The position numbers were made by a program, and so were the translations under genes. Positions 7,275 to 16,073 of a stretch of 18,000 nucleotides of DNA are shown here, in pieces (position 1 is the stretch's first letter; every line of letters begins with the position of its first letter). A model generated the notes under the pieces. The model saw only the letters and a list, made by a program, of their open reading frames with translations, made no database searches and was not told the origin of the DNA. This stretch comes from Candidatus Velthaea sp. (GTDB taxonomy: Bacteria; Vulcanimicrobiota; Vulcanimicrobiia; Vulcanimicrobiales; Vulcanimicrobiaceae): NCBI GenBank assembly GCA_050012475.1, contig JBEKHC010000098.1:1-18000 (forward strand). The letters run 5' to 3'.

Positions 7275-8128
7275 AGGCGGCCGCCGCGGCTCGCGATCAG
7301 GATGCGCTGCGCGCCGTCGGCAACCGCGACGGCCAACAGGGTGAGCAGCGCCGCCGTGACGAGCGCGGCCCAAATCTGGAGCGTTTGGCCGTAGTACGAA
7401 CCCGCGAGCAGCCGTGCGCCGAGCCCCGCCTGCGCACCGGTCGGTAATTCAGCGACGATCGCGCCGACGATCGCCAGCGTGGCGGCGACCTTGATGCCTG
7501 CAAAGAGAAAGCCCATCGACGCCGGCCAGCGCACTTTGGCGAACACGGCGCCGCCGCTCGCGTTGTAGGTGCGCATGAGATCGAGCTGCATGCGGTCCGG
7601 TGCGCGCAGCCCGGTCACCATCGCGGTGGTGATCGGAAAAAAGCTCAGCCAGCCGGCGATGAGGGCCTTGGGCAACACCCCGGTCAGGCCGATGTTGCCC
7701 AGCACCACCACGACCATCGGAGCGATCGCGAGCACCGGGATCGTCTGACTGGCGATCACCCACGGCATGAGCGAGCGGTCGAACACGCGCACATGAACGA
7801 TGGCGACCGCGAGACCGATCCCGACGACGAGTGCGAGCGCCAAACCCAGCGCTGCCGTCGCCGCCGTCACCCCGGCGTGATACAGCAGACTGCGCGGCGA
7901 GCCCAGGGGTTCGCCGAACATCCCGGTCAGCACGCTGTTGGCGACTTGATGCGGCGCCGGCAAGAGCGGACGCTCGAGCGACCAGGCCGCGCGGACGATC
8001 GCGCCGGCCGAGGCGCCGTTGCCTGCCGCCGCCGTCGCGGCGCTGTAGTTCAGCCCGATCGCCGCGAGATACCACATGCCGACGACGGCGCACAGCACGG
8101 CGAGCACGGGTGCCGCGCGCTCAATCAT
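7271..8128 (-). CDS. ABC transporter permease (NitT/TauT family)
   Basis: LLPAPHQV, SQTIPVLAIAP, DLMRTYNAS, IVGAIVAELPTGAQAGLGARLL; overlaps both neighbours as in an operon. Confidence 0.9.
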   Translation of the reverse strand: MIERAAPVLAVLCAVVGMWYLAAIGLNYSAATAAAGNGASAGAIVRAAWSLERPLLPAPHQVANSVLTGMFGEPLGSPRSLLYHAGVTAATAALGLALALVVGIGLAVAIVHVRVFDRSLMPWVIASQTIPVLAIAPMVVVVLGNIGLTGVLPKALIAGWLSFFPITTAMVTGLRAPDRMQLDLMRTYNASGGAVFAKVRWPASMGFLFAGIKVAATLAIVGAIVAELPTGAQAGLGARLLAGSYYGQTLQIWAALVTAALLTLLAVAVADGAQRILIASRGGRL

Positions 8129-8939
8129 AGCTTTGACCGGCGTGCAGCGCCGTTCGCACCTCGTGCGCGACGCGCAAGAACTCCGGGGTGTCGCGGATGT
8201 CGAGCGGACGATCGCCGGGAAGGTCGTTGGTGATGATGTCGACGATCCGGCCCGGATGCGGCGACATGACCACGATGCGCGTCGAAAGATACACCGCTTC
8301 GGGAATGGAGTGGGTGACGAAGACGACGGTCATCCCGGTGCGCCGCCACAAGTCGAGCAGATGCACGTTCAGACCGTCGCGCGTGATCTCGTCGAGCGCG
8401 CCGAACGGCTCGTCCATCAGCAGCAGCGCCGGTTCGAAGCTCAACGCGCGCGCGATCGATGCGCGCTGCTGCATTCCGCCCGAGAGCTGCCAGGGAAAGC
8501 GCCGGCTGAAGTCGCCCAAGCCGACGAGGTCGAGATTGCGCTTGGCTCGCGCGCGCCGCTCGTCGGGAGCCAGGCCCATGATCTCCAGCGGCAGCATCAC
8601 GTTGCGCTCGACATTGCGCCACGGATAGAGCGCCGGCGCCTGAAAGACATAGCCGTAGGCGCGCTCGCGCCGGGCCTGGGCGGGCGTCTTTCCGTTGACG
8701 ACCAAGCTGCCGCCGGTCGGGTGGTCCAAATCCGCGATCGCGCGCAGCAGCGTCGTTTTGCCGCAGCCCGAAGGTCCGATGAGCGAGATGAATTCGCCGC
8801 GGCGAATGCTCAGATCGACGTCGGTGAGCGCGACCGTGCGGTGCTCGTTCGAGCTGAAGATGATGCTGAGATTACGCGCTTCGACGACCACTGCTGTAAG
8901 CGGCGGGAGGGTCTGCACGATTACGGCATCCTGCTGCAT
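8121..8939 (-). CDS. ABC transporter ATP-binding protein (NitT/TauT family)
   Basis: Walker A GPSGCGKT, Q-loop YVFQ, signature LSGGMQQR, Walker B LLLMDEPFGALD, H-loop VTH. Start placed at ATG 8939 (MQQDAV), which is uncertain. Confidence 0.95.
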   Translation of the reverse strand: MQQDAVIVQTLPPLTAVVVEARNLSIIFSSNEHRTVALTDVDLSIRRGEFISLIGPSGCGKTTLLRAIADLDHPTGGSLVVNGKTPAQARRERAYGYVFQAPALYPWRNVERNVMLPLEIMGLAPDERRARAKRNLDLVGLGDFSRRFPWQLSGGMQQRASIARALSFEPALLLMDEPFGALDEITRDGLNVHLLDLWRRTGMTVVFVTHSIPEAVYLSTRIVVMSPHPGRIVDIITNDLPGDRPLDIRDTPEFLRVAHEVRTALHAGQSYD

Positions 8940-9041
8940 CGGCTCAGACGACGCGCGAAGACCAGGGCATCGGGTCCGCTTTGGCCAGCACCGGGGAAAA
9001 CCTTTGGCCAAAACGGTCGCGCCCGCGCGCGAAGGCGAACG

Positions 9042-10571
9042 CTATGACGGCGCGCCGAGTTTGCGCAATCGGGCGTCGGGACCGCTCGCCGTTCGGCCGT
9101 GAAGCTCAATGGGCAGGTCATTCGGAAGCATCGCGGCACCCTCCGTCCCGTCCATTTCGAGCCGATTGAATTGCAGCGCGCCGATCGAGGCGACGCGCGC
9201 GGTTGGCCCGGCCGACTTGAAGCGCACGGTCAAGATTGCAACGTCGTCGGTGGGCGACGTGCCGGCGAAGATGCGGCGTTGAATTGCCAGCGCCGGATCG
9301 TCTTCGGCGATCGCGAGCCGGGTGACTTCGAGCAACCGGGCCGAACCTTCGATCACGTCGCGCTTGTGCTCGATCACGCCGTCCGTGTAGAGCACCATGA
9401 CGGCACCATCGGAGGCGGTTGCGTTGAAGGTGCGATACGTGGCTTTCGGCACGATGCCCAGCGGCAGCCCGTCGTAGGCCAAGAAAACCGACGGCACTCC
9501 CGGCCGCGCCAGGATTGGCGGCGGATGGCCGGCCGTTGCGTACACGATTGCCAGCGTCGCGGGATCGATGTAGCCGCAAATCGCGGTGACCATCCGCGAA
9601 TCTTGCAGCAGAATCGCCTCGTTAGCGCGTTCGAGCACCTTCCCCGGATCGTTCTCGTGCAGCGCGGCCGCGATGATCGCCTGGCGTGCCCGGCTCATCA
9701 CGACCGCCGCCTCGAGGCCGTGCCCAGCGACGTCGCCGATCGAGAAGAGAATCCGCTTGTCCGGCAACTCGATGGCGTCATACCAATCGCCGCCGACCTG
9801 CGCTTCGCTCGTGGCCGGAATGTACGTCGCGTGCAGCCCCAAATTCGGTGTCGCAGGCAAATGTTTGTTCAAGAACGCGGTCTGCAAGGCGTCCGCGATG
9901 CGCTTCTGGTTTTCGTAGCGCAGGCGGCTCTCGAATGCTTGGCGCGCTGTGCGCGTTTGAAAAAAGCCGAAGACCGTCGCCGCGCCCGTGAGCACCGCCA
10001 GGACGGCGAAGACGAAGAGCGAGACGTTCGCGATCGCCCGATTGGCGCGCTGGTCGGCGCTTGCCGCCGCCGCGTTCAACAGCTCTTGGAGTTGCCGGTC
10101 TTGCGCGCGTAGACCGTCGACGATCCCTTTTCCGCGCCACATGAGGCTGCGGACGTGCGGTCTGCTTGTCGTGCGGAGCAGCGGCTCGCCGATGTCGGCA
10201 ACCCAGCGCGCTGTCTGCTGCTTTTCGGTCGCGACAATCGGCGCCGTCCCCGCGATCGCCAGCGGCGCCAGATCCCGTTCGAGTTGATCCAGCGCGCCCG
10301 GAAGCACCGCTTTGGCCTTGGCGTACGGATCGAGATAGAGTGTCTGCCCGGTCGCCTGGAACCCGCGAATCCCCGTTTCTTCATCGAGCATGTACCGCAG
10401 GACGCGGCCGCGCACCAGTTGCGCGATGCGAATCTGCTGCTGATAGCGCGCCGTCCGGTCGACGGCACCGTGAACCTCGAAACCCGCGTATGCCAGCACC
10501 GGGATGAGTAGGACGAGGACCAAGAGCGGGACGCGCGCCGCGGTTGAAATCTCGGCTCGTTGCAGCGGCAT
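9042..10571 (-). CDS. Membrane sensor phosphatase: CHASE3 domain + SpoIIE/PP2C (RsbU-like) domain
   Basis: Two TM segments flank CHASE3 motif LDEETGIRGF..TG...YLDPY; PP2C motifs VGGDWYD, IGDVAGHGLEAA, AGHPPP, LYTDGV, DDVAIL. Confidence 0.9.
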   Translation of the reverse strand: MPLQRAEISTAARVPLLVLVLLIPVLAYAGFEVHGAVDRTARYQQQIRIAQLVRGRVLRYMLDEETGIRGFQATGQTLYLDPYAKAKAVLPGALDQLERDLAPLAIAGTAPIVATEKQQTARWVADIGEPLLRTTSRPHVRSLMWRGKGIVDGLRAQDRQLQELLNAAAASADQRANRAIANVSLFVFAVLAVLTGAATVFGFFQTRTARQAFESRLRYENQKRIADALQTAFLNKHLPATPNLGLHATYIPATSEAQVGGDWYDAIELPDKRILFSIGDVAGHGLEAAVVMSRARQAIIAAALHENDPGKVLERANEAILLQDSRMVTAICGYIDPATLAIVYATAGHPPPILARPGVPSVFLAYDGLPLGIVPKATYRTFNATASDGAVMVLYTDGVIEHKRDVIEGSARLLEVTRLAIAEDDPALAIQRRIFAGTSPTDDVAILTVRFKSAGPTARVASIGALQFNRLEMDGTEGAAMLPNDLPIELHGRTASGPDARLRKLGAPS

Positions 10572-10713
10572 ATCGTGTCCGAGCTACTATGTCCGCCGCG
10601 TGGCGGGAGACCTTCCGCCAATGGTCCTGTGCTCTCCCAACAAAGAGGCGCTCCGTTCGGGATGCCGGGAAATCGGCTGTCAGAAACACCGTCATTGCGG
10701 GAATCGGCACAGC

Positions 10714-11589
10714 GTGGGATTGCGCGTTTTGTTAGCCGTCAATGTCCGCGCCCGGCGCGGCCGCGATGCCCGCGATCGTGCGGCTGCCGCGTTGCGCGGC
10801 CGCGGCCATAGCGTGATCGTCGTCGACACGCGCAAAGCGGGGGATCTCGAGCGCGCGATCGCGGCCCAGCGCGGCCGCATCGACGTTGCGGCAGTCGGCG
10901 GCGGTGACGGCACCCTCATTTCGGCGATCGGCGGATTGCGCGCGGCCGGCATCCCGCTGCTGATTTTGCCGCTCGGCACGATCAACGAGCTGGCTCGCAC
11001 GCTTTCCATACCGCCCGACATCGACGGCGCCTGCGGATTGCTCGACGCCGGCGAACGGCACGCCATCGACGTCGGTTGCGTCAACGGCTTTTGGTTTTTC
11101 AACGAGGCCAGCATCGGGCTTTCGACGCACGTCGTGCGCGAGCAGACGGGGGAGGTGAAGAGCCGCTGGGGTATGCTTGCCATTCCGCTGGCGACGGTTC
11201 GCGCCTGGCGCTCGCTGCGGCCGTACCACCTCGACGTCGAACTCGAGAACGGCGATCACGCGGCGTTTCGTACCATGCAGCTGACGGTCGCCAATAGTTA
11301 CCGCTTCGGCGGCGTCGTGGAGAACACGGCCGCGCGCATCGATGACGGCGTGCTCGATCTGTACAGCATCGAACTTCGGCGCTGGTGGGATCCGCTTGAA
11401 ATTCTGGGCGCGGTCGCGGTCAAGCGTTTTCCCGATGCTCGCGGCGTGCAGACGATTCGCGGCCGGCGCTTCGTGGTGCGTGGGCGGCATCGGCATCACG
11501 TGTTTGCCGACGGCGAGCCCGCCACGCACACGCCCGCGGAGTTCACGGTCGTGCCGCGCGCGATCTCGGTGTTCGTGCCCAAAGCGTGA
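10714..11589 (+). CDS. Diacylglycerol kinase family (YegS/DAGK-like) lipid kinase
   Basis: VGGGDGT, ILPLGTINELAR, IDVG, FFNEASIG, ANSYRFGG, IDDGVLD, ADGE. Start is GTG 10714 or TTG 10720; the ORF-track extension from 10504 overlaps the divergent gene. Confidence 0.9.
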   Translation: MGLRVLLAVNVRARRGRDARDRAAAALRGRGHSVIVVDTRKAGDLERAIAAQRGRIDVAAVGGGDGTLISAIGGLRAAGIPLLILPLGTINELARTLSIPPDIDGACGLLDAGERHAIDVGCVNGFWFFNEASIGLSTHVVREQTGEVKSRWGMLAIPLATVRAWRSLRPYHLDVELENGDHAAFRTMQLTVANSYRFGGVVENTAARIDDGVLDLYSIELRRWWDPLEILGAVAVKRFPDARGVQTIRGRRFVVRGRHRHHVFADGEPATHTPAEFTVVPRAISVFVPKA

Positions 11590-12086
11590 AGCGCCGACGC
11601 TGGTGGTGGCCGACCTCGTACGCGCCCAGCGTCGGCGCGATCGACCTCGACGAGCTGGCCGCCAACGGATTCAGCGGCGTGATCATCGATCTCGACAATA
11701 CGCTGGTGGCCTATCGCCAGCTTGCACCGGGCGAACGCGATGCCCGCTGGATTCTCGCCGCGCGCGACCGCGGCGTGGCCATCGTGATGGTGACGAACAA
11801 CGGAACGCCGTGGGCCGCCGGCGTCGCGCGCGAACTGGGCATTCCGTGCATCCCCAACGCGCGCAAACCGCTGCCGTCGGGCTTTCGCCGCGCTCTGGCC
11901 GTCTTGGGACTGCCGCGCAAAGCGGTGATCGTCGTCGGCGATCAGCTCTTCACCGATATCTTGGGCGCGAAGCTGTTTGGCTTGGCAGCGATTCTCGTCG
12001 AACCGCTGGCCGGTCGCGATCCGCTCAACACGCGCTGGCTGCGCCAGCTCGAACGCTGGCTGCTCCACGGGTTACCGCGCAACTAA
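11586..12086 (+). CDS. yqeG: YqeG-family HAD subfamily IIIA phosphatase
   Basis: HAD motifs IIDLDNTL, VTNN, ARKP, VGDQLFTDILGA; GTG start overlaps the kinase TGA. Confidence 0.9.
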   Translation: MKRRRWWWPTSYAPSVGAIDLDELAANGFSGVIIDLDNTLVAYRQLAPGERDARWILAARDRGVAIVMVTNNGTPWAAGVARELGIPCIPNARKPLPSGFRRALAVLGLPRKAVIVVGDQLFTDILGAKLFGLAAILVEPLAGRDPLNTRWLRQLERWLLHGLPRN

Positions 12087-12104
12087 AGCCGAACGCGAAT
12101 CGCC

Positions 12105-13079
12105 ATGCGCTATCGGAAACTCGGCCGCTGGGGCGTCAGCATATCGGCAGTCGGCCTGGGCTCCTGGCTGACCTACGGCGGAGCCGTCGACGGCACGGCG
12201 GCCCGCGACTGCATCGTGCGCGCGTTCGAGCGCGGCATCAATTTTTTCGACACGGCCAACGTCTACGCGCGCGGCGGCGCCGAGGAAGTCGTCGGCCGGG
12301 CGATCGCGCAGCTCGCGCGCAACGAAATCGTGCTCGCAACCAAAGTGTATTTTCCGATGGGGACGGGGCCCAATGACCGGGGTTTGTCGCGCAAGCATAT
12401 TCGCGAACAGATCGATCGCAGTTTGATCCGGCTGGGCACCCACTATGTCGATCTCTACCAATGCCACCGTTACGACGATGCAACGCCGCTGGAAGAAACC
12501 TGCGGTGCGATGAACGACCTGGTGCGGATCGGCAAGATCCTCTACTGGGGTGTGTCCGAGTGGACGGCCGATCAGATCAGCGCGGCGGTGCTGTTGTGCC
12601 GCGCACGCGGCTGGGCCGAGCCGGTCAGCAATCAGCCGCAATACAGTGCGTTGTGGCGGCGCATCGAAGCACGGGTGCTGCCGGCCTGCCGCGAGTACGG
12701 GCTAGGCAATGTGGTGTGGTCGCCGCTGGCGATGGGGATTCTCACCGGCAAGTACACCGACGCGAAACGCCCGCCGGCCGGTACGCGCGCCGCGGGCCAA
12801 TCCGCCGAGATGATGGACCGCTACTACGCGCAGCCGGTCCTCGACGCGGTGCAGCAACTGCTGCCGCTGGCGCACGAAGCCGGCTGCACGCTCGCGCAGT
12901 TGTCGCTGGCCTGGTGCTTGCGCGATCCGGGCATCAGCGCGGTGATCGTCGGGGCGACCCGGCCCAGCCAAATCGACGACAACGCGGTAGCCGCCGATTT
13001 GGACGTTGCACCCGAGATCTTCGCGCGCATGGAGGCGATCCTGGCTCCGGTCGTGCCGCACGAGCCGTACCCGAGTTAA
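12105..13079 (+). CDS. Aldo/keto reductase (Kv-beta-like subfamily)
   Basis: GLGSWLTYG, GINFFDTANVY, LATKV, SLIRLGTHYVDLYQCHR, YWGVSEW, NQPQY, WSPLAMGILTGKY. Confidence 0.95.
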   Translation: MRYRKLGRWGVSISAVGLGSWLTYGGAVDGTAARDCIVRAFERGINFFDTANVYARGGAEEVVGRAIAQLARNEIVLATKVYFPMGTGPNDRGLSRKHIREQIDRSLIRLGTHYVDLYQCHRYDDATPLEETCGAMNDLVRIGKILYWGVSEWTADQISAAVLLCRARGWAEPVSNQPQYSALWRRIEARVLPACREYGLGNVVWSPLAMGILTGKYTDAKRPPAGTRAAGQSAEMMDRYYAQPVLDAVQQLLPLAHEAGCTLAQLSLAWCLRDPGISAVIVGATRPSQIDDNAVAADLDVAPEIFARMEAILAPVVPHEPYPS

Positions 13080-13080
13080 C

Positions 13081-15447
13081 TTAAAGCGGCAGCGCGTACG
13101 TCAGGCGGGCTGTCCGTTTGACCGACGGATGGAAGTGGTAATCGTTGATGCCCGCGCCGCCCAACGCCGGATTGATCGCGGGGTTGCCCGCATTGGCGCG
13201 ATTGGCGGCATCCTGCGGCAGCCACGACGCATAGAAGTAGGTTACGTCAGCGACGGCGGCGTTCAAGATGTTGAAGACGTCGAATGAGAGGCGCCGGCCG
13301 CTGCGGAGTTTCGCGGTGTACTGCGCGTTCCACAGCGTTGACGGCGGCGATTTCGCGTCGCCTTGCGTGTCGAGCGTGCGCGGACCGAAGTAGCGCATGC
13401 GCAAGCCGGCCGCGAAGTGTTTCGTGTCGGCCGTCGCACCCAGCGAGACGACGCCGTTGAGCGATTCGGGGACGCCGGTTCCCTGGTGCAGCGGATCGGC
13501 CAGGAAACGCGCCGTCGAGGTGGCCAAGTCGGCGTCGAGCGTCAACCACGGGCGCGGCCGAAAGTCGTTGGAGAGTTCGATCCCCTTGCGCTGCGAGGGG
13601 CCGCCCAGCGACGTCGTGCCGTGGTCGCCGTCGAATTCGAGTTCGTCGGCTTGGTAGAGTTCCCACAGCGAAACCGTGCTCGTGATCCGGCCGGCGGAGA
13701 AGCGATAGCCGATCTCTTCGCCCACCGAGCGGTTCAAGAGCGGATTTCGCTGCACGGGGACGCCGCCGGCATCGAACGCGGCGTGGGTCTGCGGATCGTC
13801 GACGTAGGTTACGCCGCGCACATCGTTGGAATGAAAGCTGTCGCCGAAATCGAGATAGAGTTCGCTGTGGGGGGTGAACGCGTAGGCGACGTTGAGCTTC
13901 GGACTGACGAGCGCCGCGCTGCCGCTGCCGCTGTTGTTGGGATCGTACGCGGCGTCACGGTACGCGTAGAGATCGGCGCGAATGCCCGGATTCAGCCGCA
14001 GCTTGGGGCCCAGGCGCAGATCCGAGGCGACGAAGACGTCCGCCGGCCGCTCGACGACATGGTCGTTGCTCAGCGTCCCGCCGGGAAGCCGATTGCGCTC
14101 GTCGACGAGATCGAGCCCGACGGTCGGAATGTTGTCGTTGGCGAACCCCGCGCCCACCGTCGTGGTCGTGCCGGGGGTGAGGAACGTGCGCGAAACGTTG
14201 ACGCCGGCGAAGAAGCGCCGGTCGAGCTGTTCGCGCCCATCGCCGCATTGAAAGCCGTACGGAACGGGCGTGAGCGAATGCGGTGCGGCGCCGGCTGGTG
14301 CCGTATAGGCCGGGCAGTACGAAGCGTAATTTGCCGCGCGCGGTTTTCCGGACGGATTCGGAACGCATGTTCTGAACTCCGCATTGCACGTAATTGGATT
14401 GGCCGTTTCGTTGTAGTAGTTGTTCGCGTCGTCATAGTAGTAGGTGAAATTCGAGAAAAGATCGAGCGTCGAGGCGACGGCGTAGGCGTCGATGGCCGTC
14501 ATCCCGTTGGGATCCCGATGCTGCCAGCGTGCCGAGAGCGCATAGCGCGACGTGTTTCCGCCGTCGCTGGGGTCGATGTAGCCGAACGGATTGAGTTGTC
14601 CGTCGGCGACGAGCCGTTGCGGGATCTGGTCGGTCGAATTGAAGGTGCCGCTGTACCCGCTTGCGGTCAAGCTGAACGCATCGTTGCCTTTGACGCGGCT
14701 GTAGCGCAAAAGGCCGTTGAACTTCCGGTACTCGTCGGGCCGCGCGAGCGAATTGTTGTCGTGATAAACCTCCAAGGCGGAAAGGAACGTGCTCCCGGGA
14801 CCGCTCGGATGCGATCCCGCCGCGAAAAAGCGGTCGTAGCCGAAATCGCCAAGGCCGAACGAGGCGACCGGCGCGATCGTGTTGCGCAAAAAGAGATCGT
14901 ACGCGCCTGCCGTCGAGAAGTCGCCCTCATCGGCGTAGTACGGTCCCTTTTTGAATTCGACGTAGCTCACCAGTTCCGGGATGAGCCAATTGATGTCGGA
15001 GTAACCCTGGCCGTGCGCGTGGGTTGGCAAGTTGATCGGCACGCCGTCGACGGTTGATTCGAGATCGGTCCCGTGGTCGAGTTGAAAGCCGCGCAGATAG
15101 TACTGGTTCGCCTTCCCTTCGCCGCTGTGCTGACTGATGACCAGGCCAGGAATTTGTTCGAGCAGTTCGGCCGGCCGCAGCAGCGGCCGGTCGGCGATGT
15201 CTTCTTGACCGATCGTGCCTTCCGAAGCGGCCGCTGCCGTACCGACGAGATTCGTCTTGCGGCCGGCGGTCTGCACGGTTCCGATGGTCCTGATCGCCGC
15301 GCTCGGACACGGTGAGGGTGCGACCGGCGGTATCCGGGCGTTCGCGGTGTCTGAAGCGCACGGATCAGCTGGAGGTTGCGTTCCGGCACCAACGGTGACG
15401 AGCAAGATGGCGACACCGCAAAGGGACGCGCGCAGAAAAGCCTTCAC
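13081..15447 (-). CDS. TonB-dependent outer-membrane receptor, putative metal uptake
   Basis: Plug motifs AELLEQIPG, QHSGEGKANQYYLRGFQLDHG, VDGVPIN, KKGPY, STAG; amphipathic barrel strands; C-terminal FDVFNILN...ARLTYALPL. Start placed at GTG 15447, with AAGGGA upstream and a signal peptide following. Confidence 0.9.
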   Translation of the reverse strand: MKAFLRASLCGVAILLVTVGAGTQPPADPCASDTANARIPPVAPSPCPSAAIRTIGTVQTAGRKTNLVGTAAAASEGTIGQEDIADRPLLRPAELLEQIPGLVISQHSGEGKANQYYLRGFQLDHGTDLESTVDGVPINLPTHAHGQGYSDINWLIPELVSYVEFKKGPYYADEGDFSTAGAYDLFLRNTIAPVASFGLGDFGYDRFFAAGSHPSGPGSTFLSALEVYHDNNSLARPDEYRKFNGLLRYSRVKGNDAFSLTASGYSGTFNSTDQIPQRLVADGQLNPFGYIDPSDGGNTSRYALSARWQHRDPNGMTAIDAYAVASTLDLFSNFTYYYDDANNYYNETANPITCNAEFRTCVPNPSGKPRAANYASYCPAYTAPAGAAPHSLTPVPYGFQCGDGREQLDRRFFAGVNVSRTFLTPGTTTTVGAGFANDNIPTVGLDLVDERNRLPGGTLSNDHVVERPADVFVASDLRLGPKLRLNPGIRADLYAYRDAAYDPNNSGSGSAALVSPKLNVAYAFTPHSELYLDFGDSFHSNDVRGVTYVDDPQTHAAFDAGGVPVQRNPLLNRSVGEEIGYRFSAGRITSTVSLWELYQADELEFDGDHGTTSLGGPSQRKGIELSNDFRPRPWLTLDADLATSTARFLADPLHQGTGVPESLNGVVSLGATADTKHFAAGLRMRYFGPRTLDTQGDAKSPPSTLWNAQYTAKLRSGRRLSFDVFNILNAAVADVTYFYASWLPQDAANRANAGNPAINPALGGAGINDYHFHPSVKRTARLTYALPL

Positions 15448-15455
15448 AACATCGG

Positions 15456-15551
15456 TCCCTTTGTCCAGGAAGCCTGCAGCGCCGGCAATCCACCGCACCG
15501 GGAAGCCGAGCCGTTTAAAGAAGTTAACGGCATTCTCCGGGCGATGGATTG
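15456..15551 (-). promoter_or_regulatory. Structured leader upstream of the TonB-dependent receptor
   Basis: On the minus strand, CAATCCATCGC/GCGGTGGATTG (11 bp, one G-U) closes inner stems CCGG/CCGG, GAA/TTC and GCCGTT/AACGGC; a second small hairpin TTCCT/AGGGA covers the Shine-Dalgarno sequence. Confidence 0.4.
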
Positions 15552-15594
15552 TACGTTCCACGCGGGCGACATCGTCGATGCCGCGAAGCGAAAG

Positions 15595-15822
15595 TCAGGC
15601 CGCCCCGGCGCCCCCGAGCGCAACGGCGTGCGCGAGATTTCGCGCGCCGAGTTTTTCTTTGACCGTGGTGAGATAGGCGCCGACGGTGCGCTCGGCCAGC
15701 CCGACCTGTCGGCCGATTTCGTCGCGCCGCAGACCCCGGGCGTAGGCCATGAGGACCTCGCGCTCGAGCTCATTGAGTGCGTCGCTGCACCGTAGGCGAC
15801 GGTACTTGTTCTGCTGCCGCAT
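15595..15822 (-). CDS. Stand-alone LuxR/GerE-type helix-turn-helix protein (75 aa)
   Basis: LNELEREVL..YARG....EIG..VGLAERTV..YLTTVKEKLGARNLAHAV matches the LuxR HTH pattern; GGGAG upstream of ATG 15822. Confidence 0.85.
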   Translation of the reverse strand: MRQQNKYRRLRCSDALNELEREVLMAYARGLRRDEIGRQVGLAERTVGAYLTTVKEKLGARNLAHAVALGGAGAA

Positions 15823-16073
15823 CGATCGTGACTCCCTTGACTCCCGCAGCATAGCTCGCCAACGTCCGAAAAGCGTCCCGGCTTTGCGTCGGCGTCCGGC
15901 TCCCCGCCGTGACCGCCGCCGATAGCACGCAAGAGCGCGAAAATCAAGGTCTTCATGACGTTCCGCCGCGTCGACGCGCGCTTTAGTGTGAGCGGCACGC
16001 TCCTCCCTCTGCCGCGCGCCGGCATTGGGACGGGCGCGTTCCGTCTATTGCTTTTCACGAAGGAGTCATGGTC

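Noticed and set aside
9004..9020. RutR-like operator upstream of the ABC operon (TTGGCC-aaaac-GGTCGC)
   Set aside because: The spacer is 5 nt rather than the 4 nt of TTGACC-N4-GGTCAA and there are three mismatches; too weak to call.
13077..13083. Terminator between the convergent aldo/keto reductase and receptor genes
   Set aside because: The stops are separated by 1 nt; there is no hairpin or T-tract to call.
13363..15057. 564-aa plus-strand ORF
   Set aside because: Lies wholly antisense to the TonB-dependent receptor and has no recognisable motifs; typical high-GC shadow ORF.
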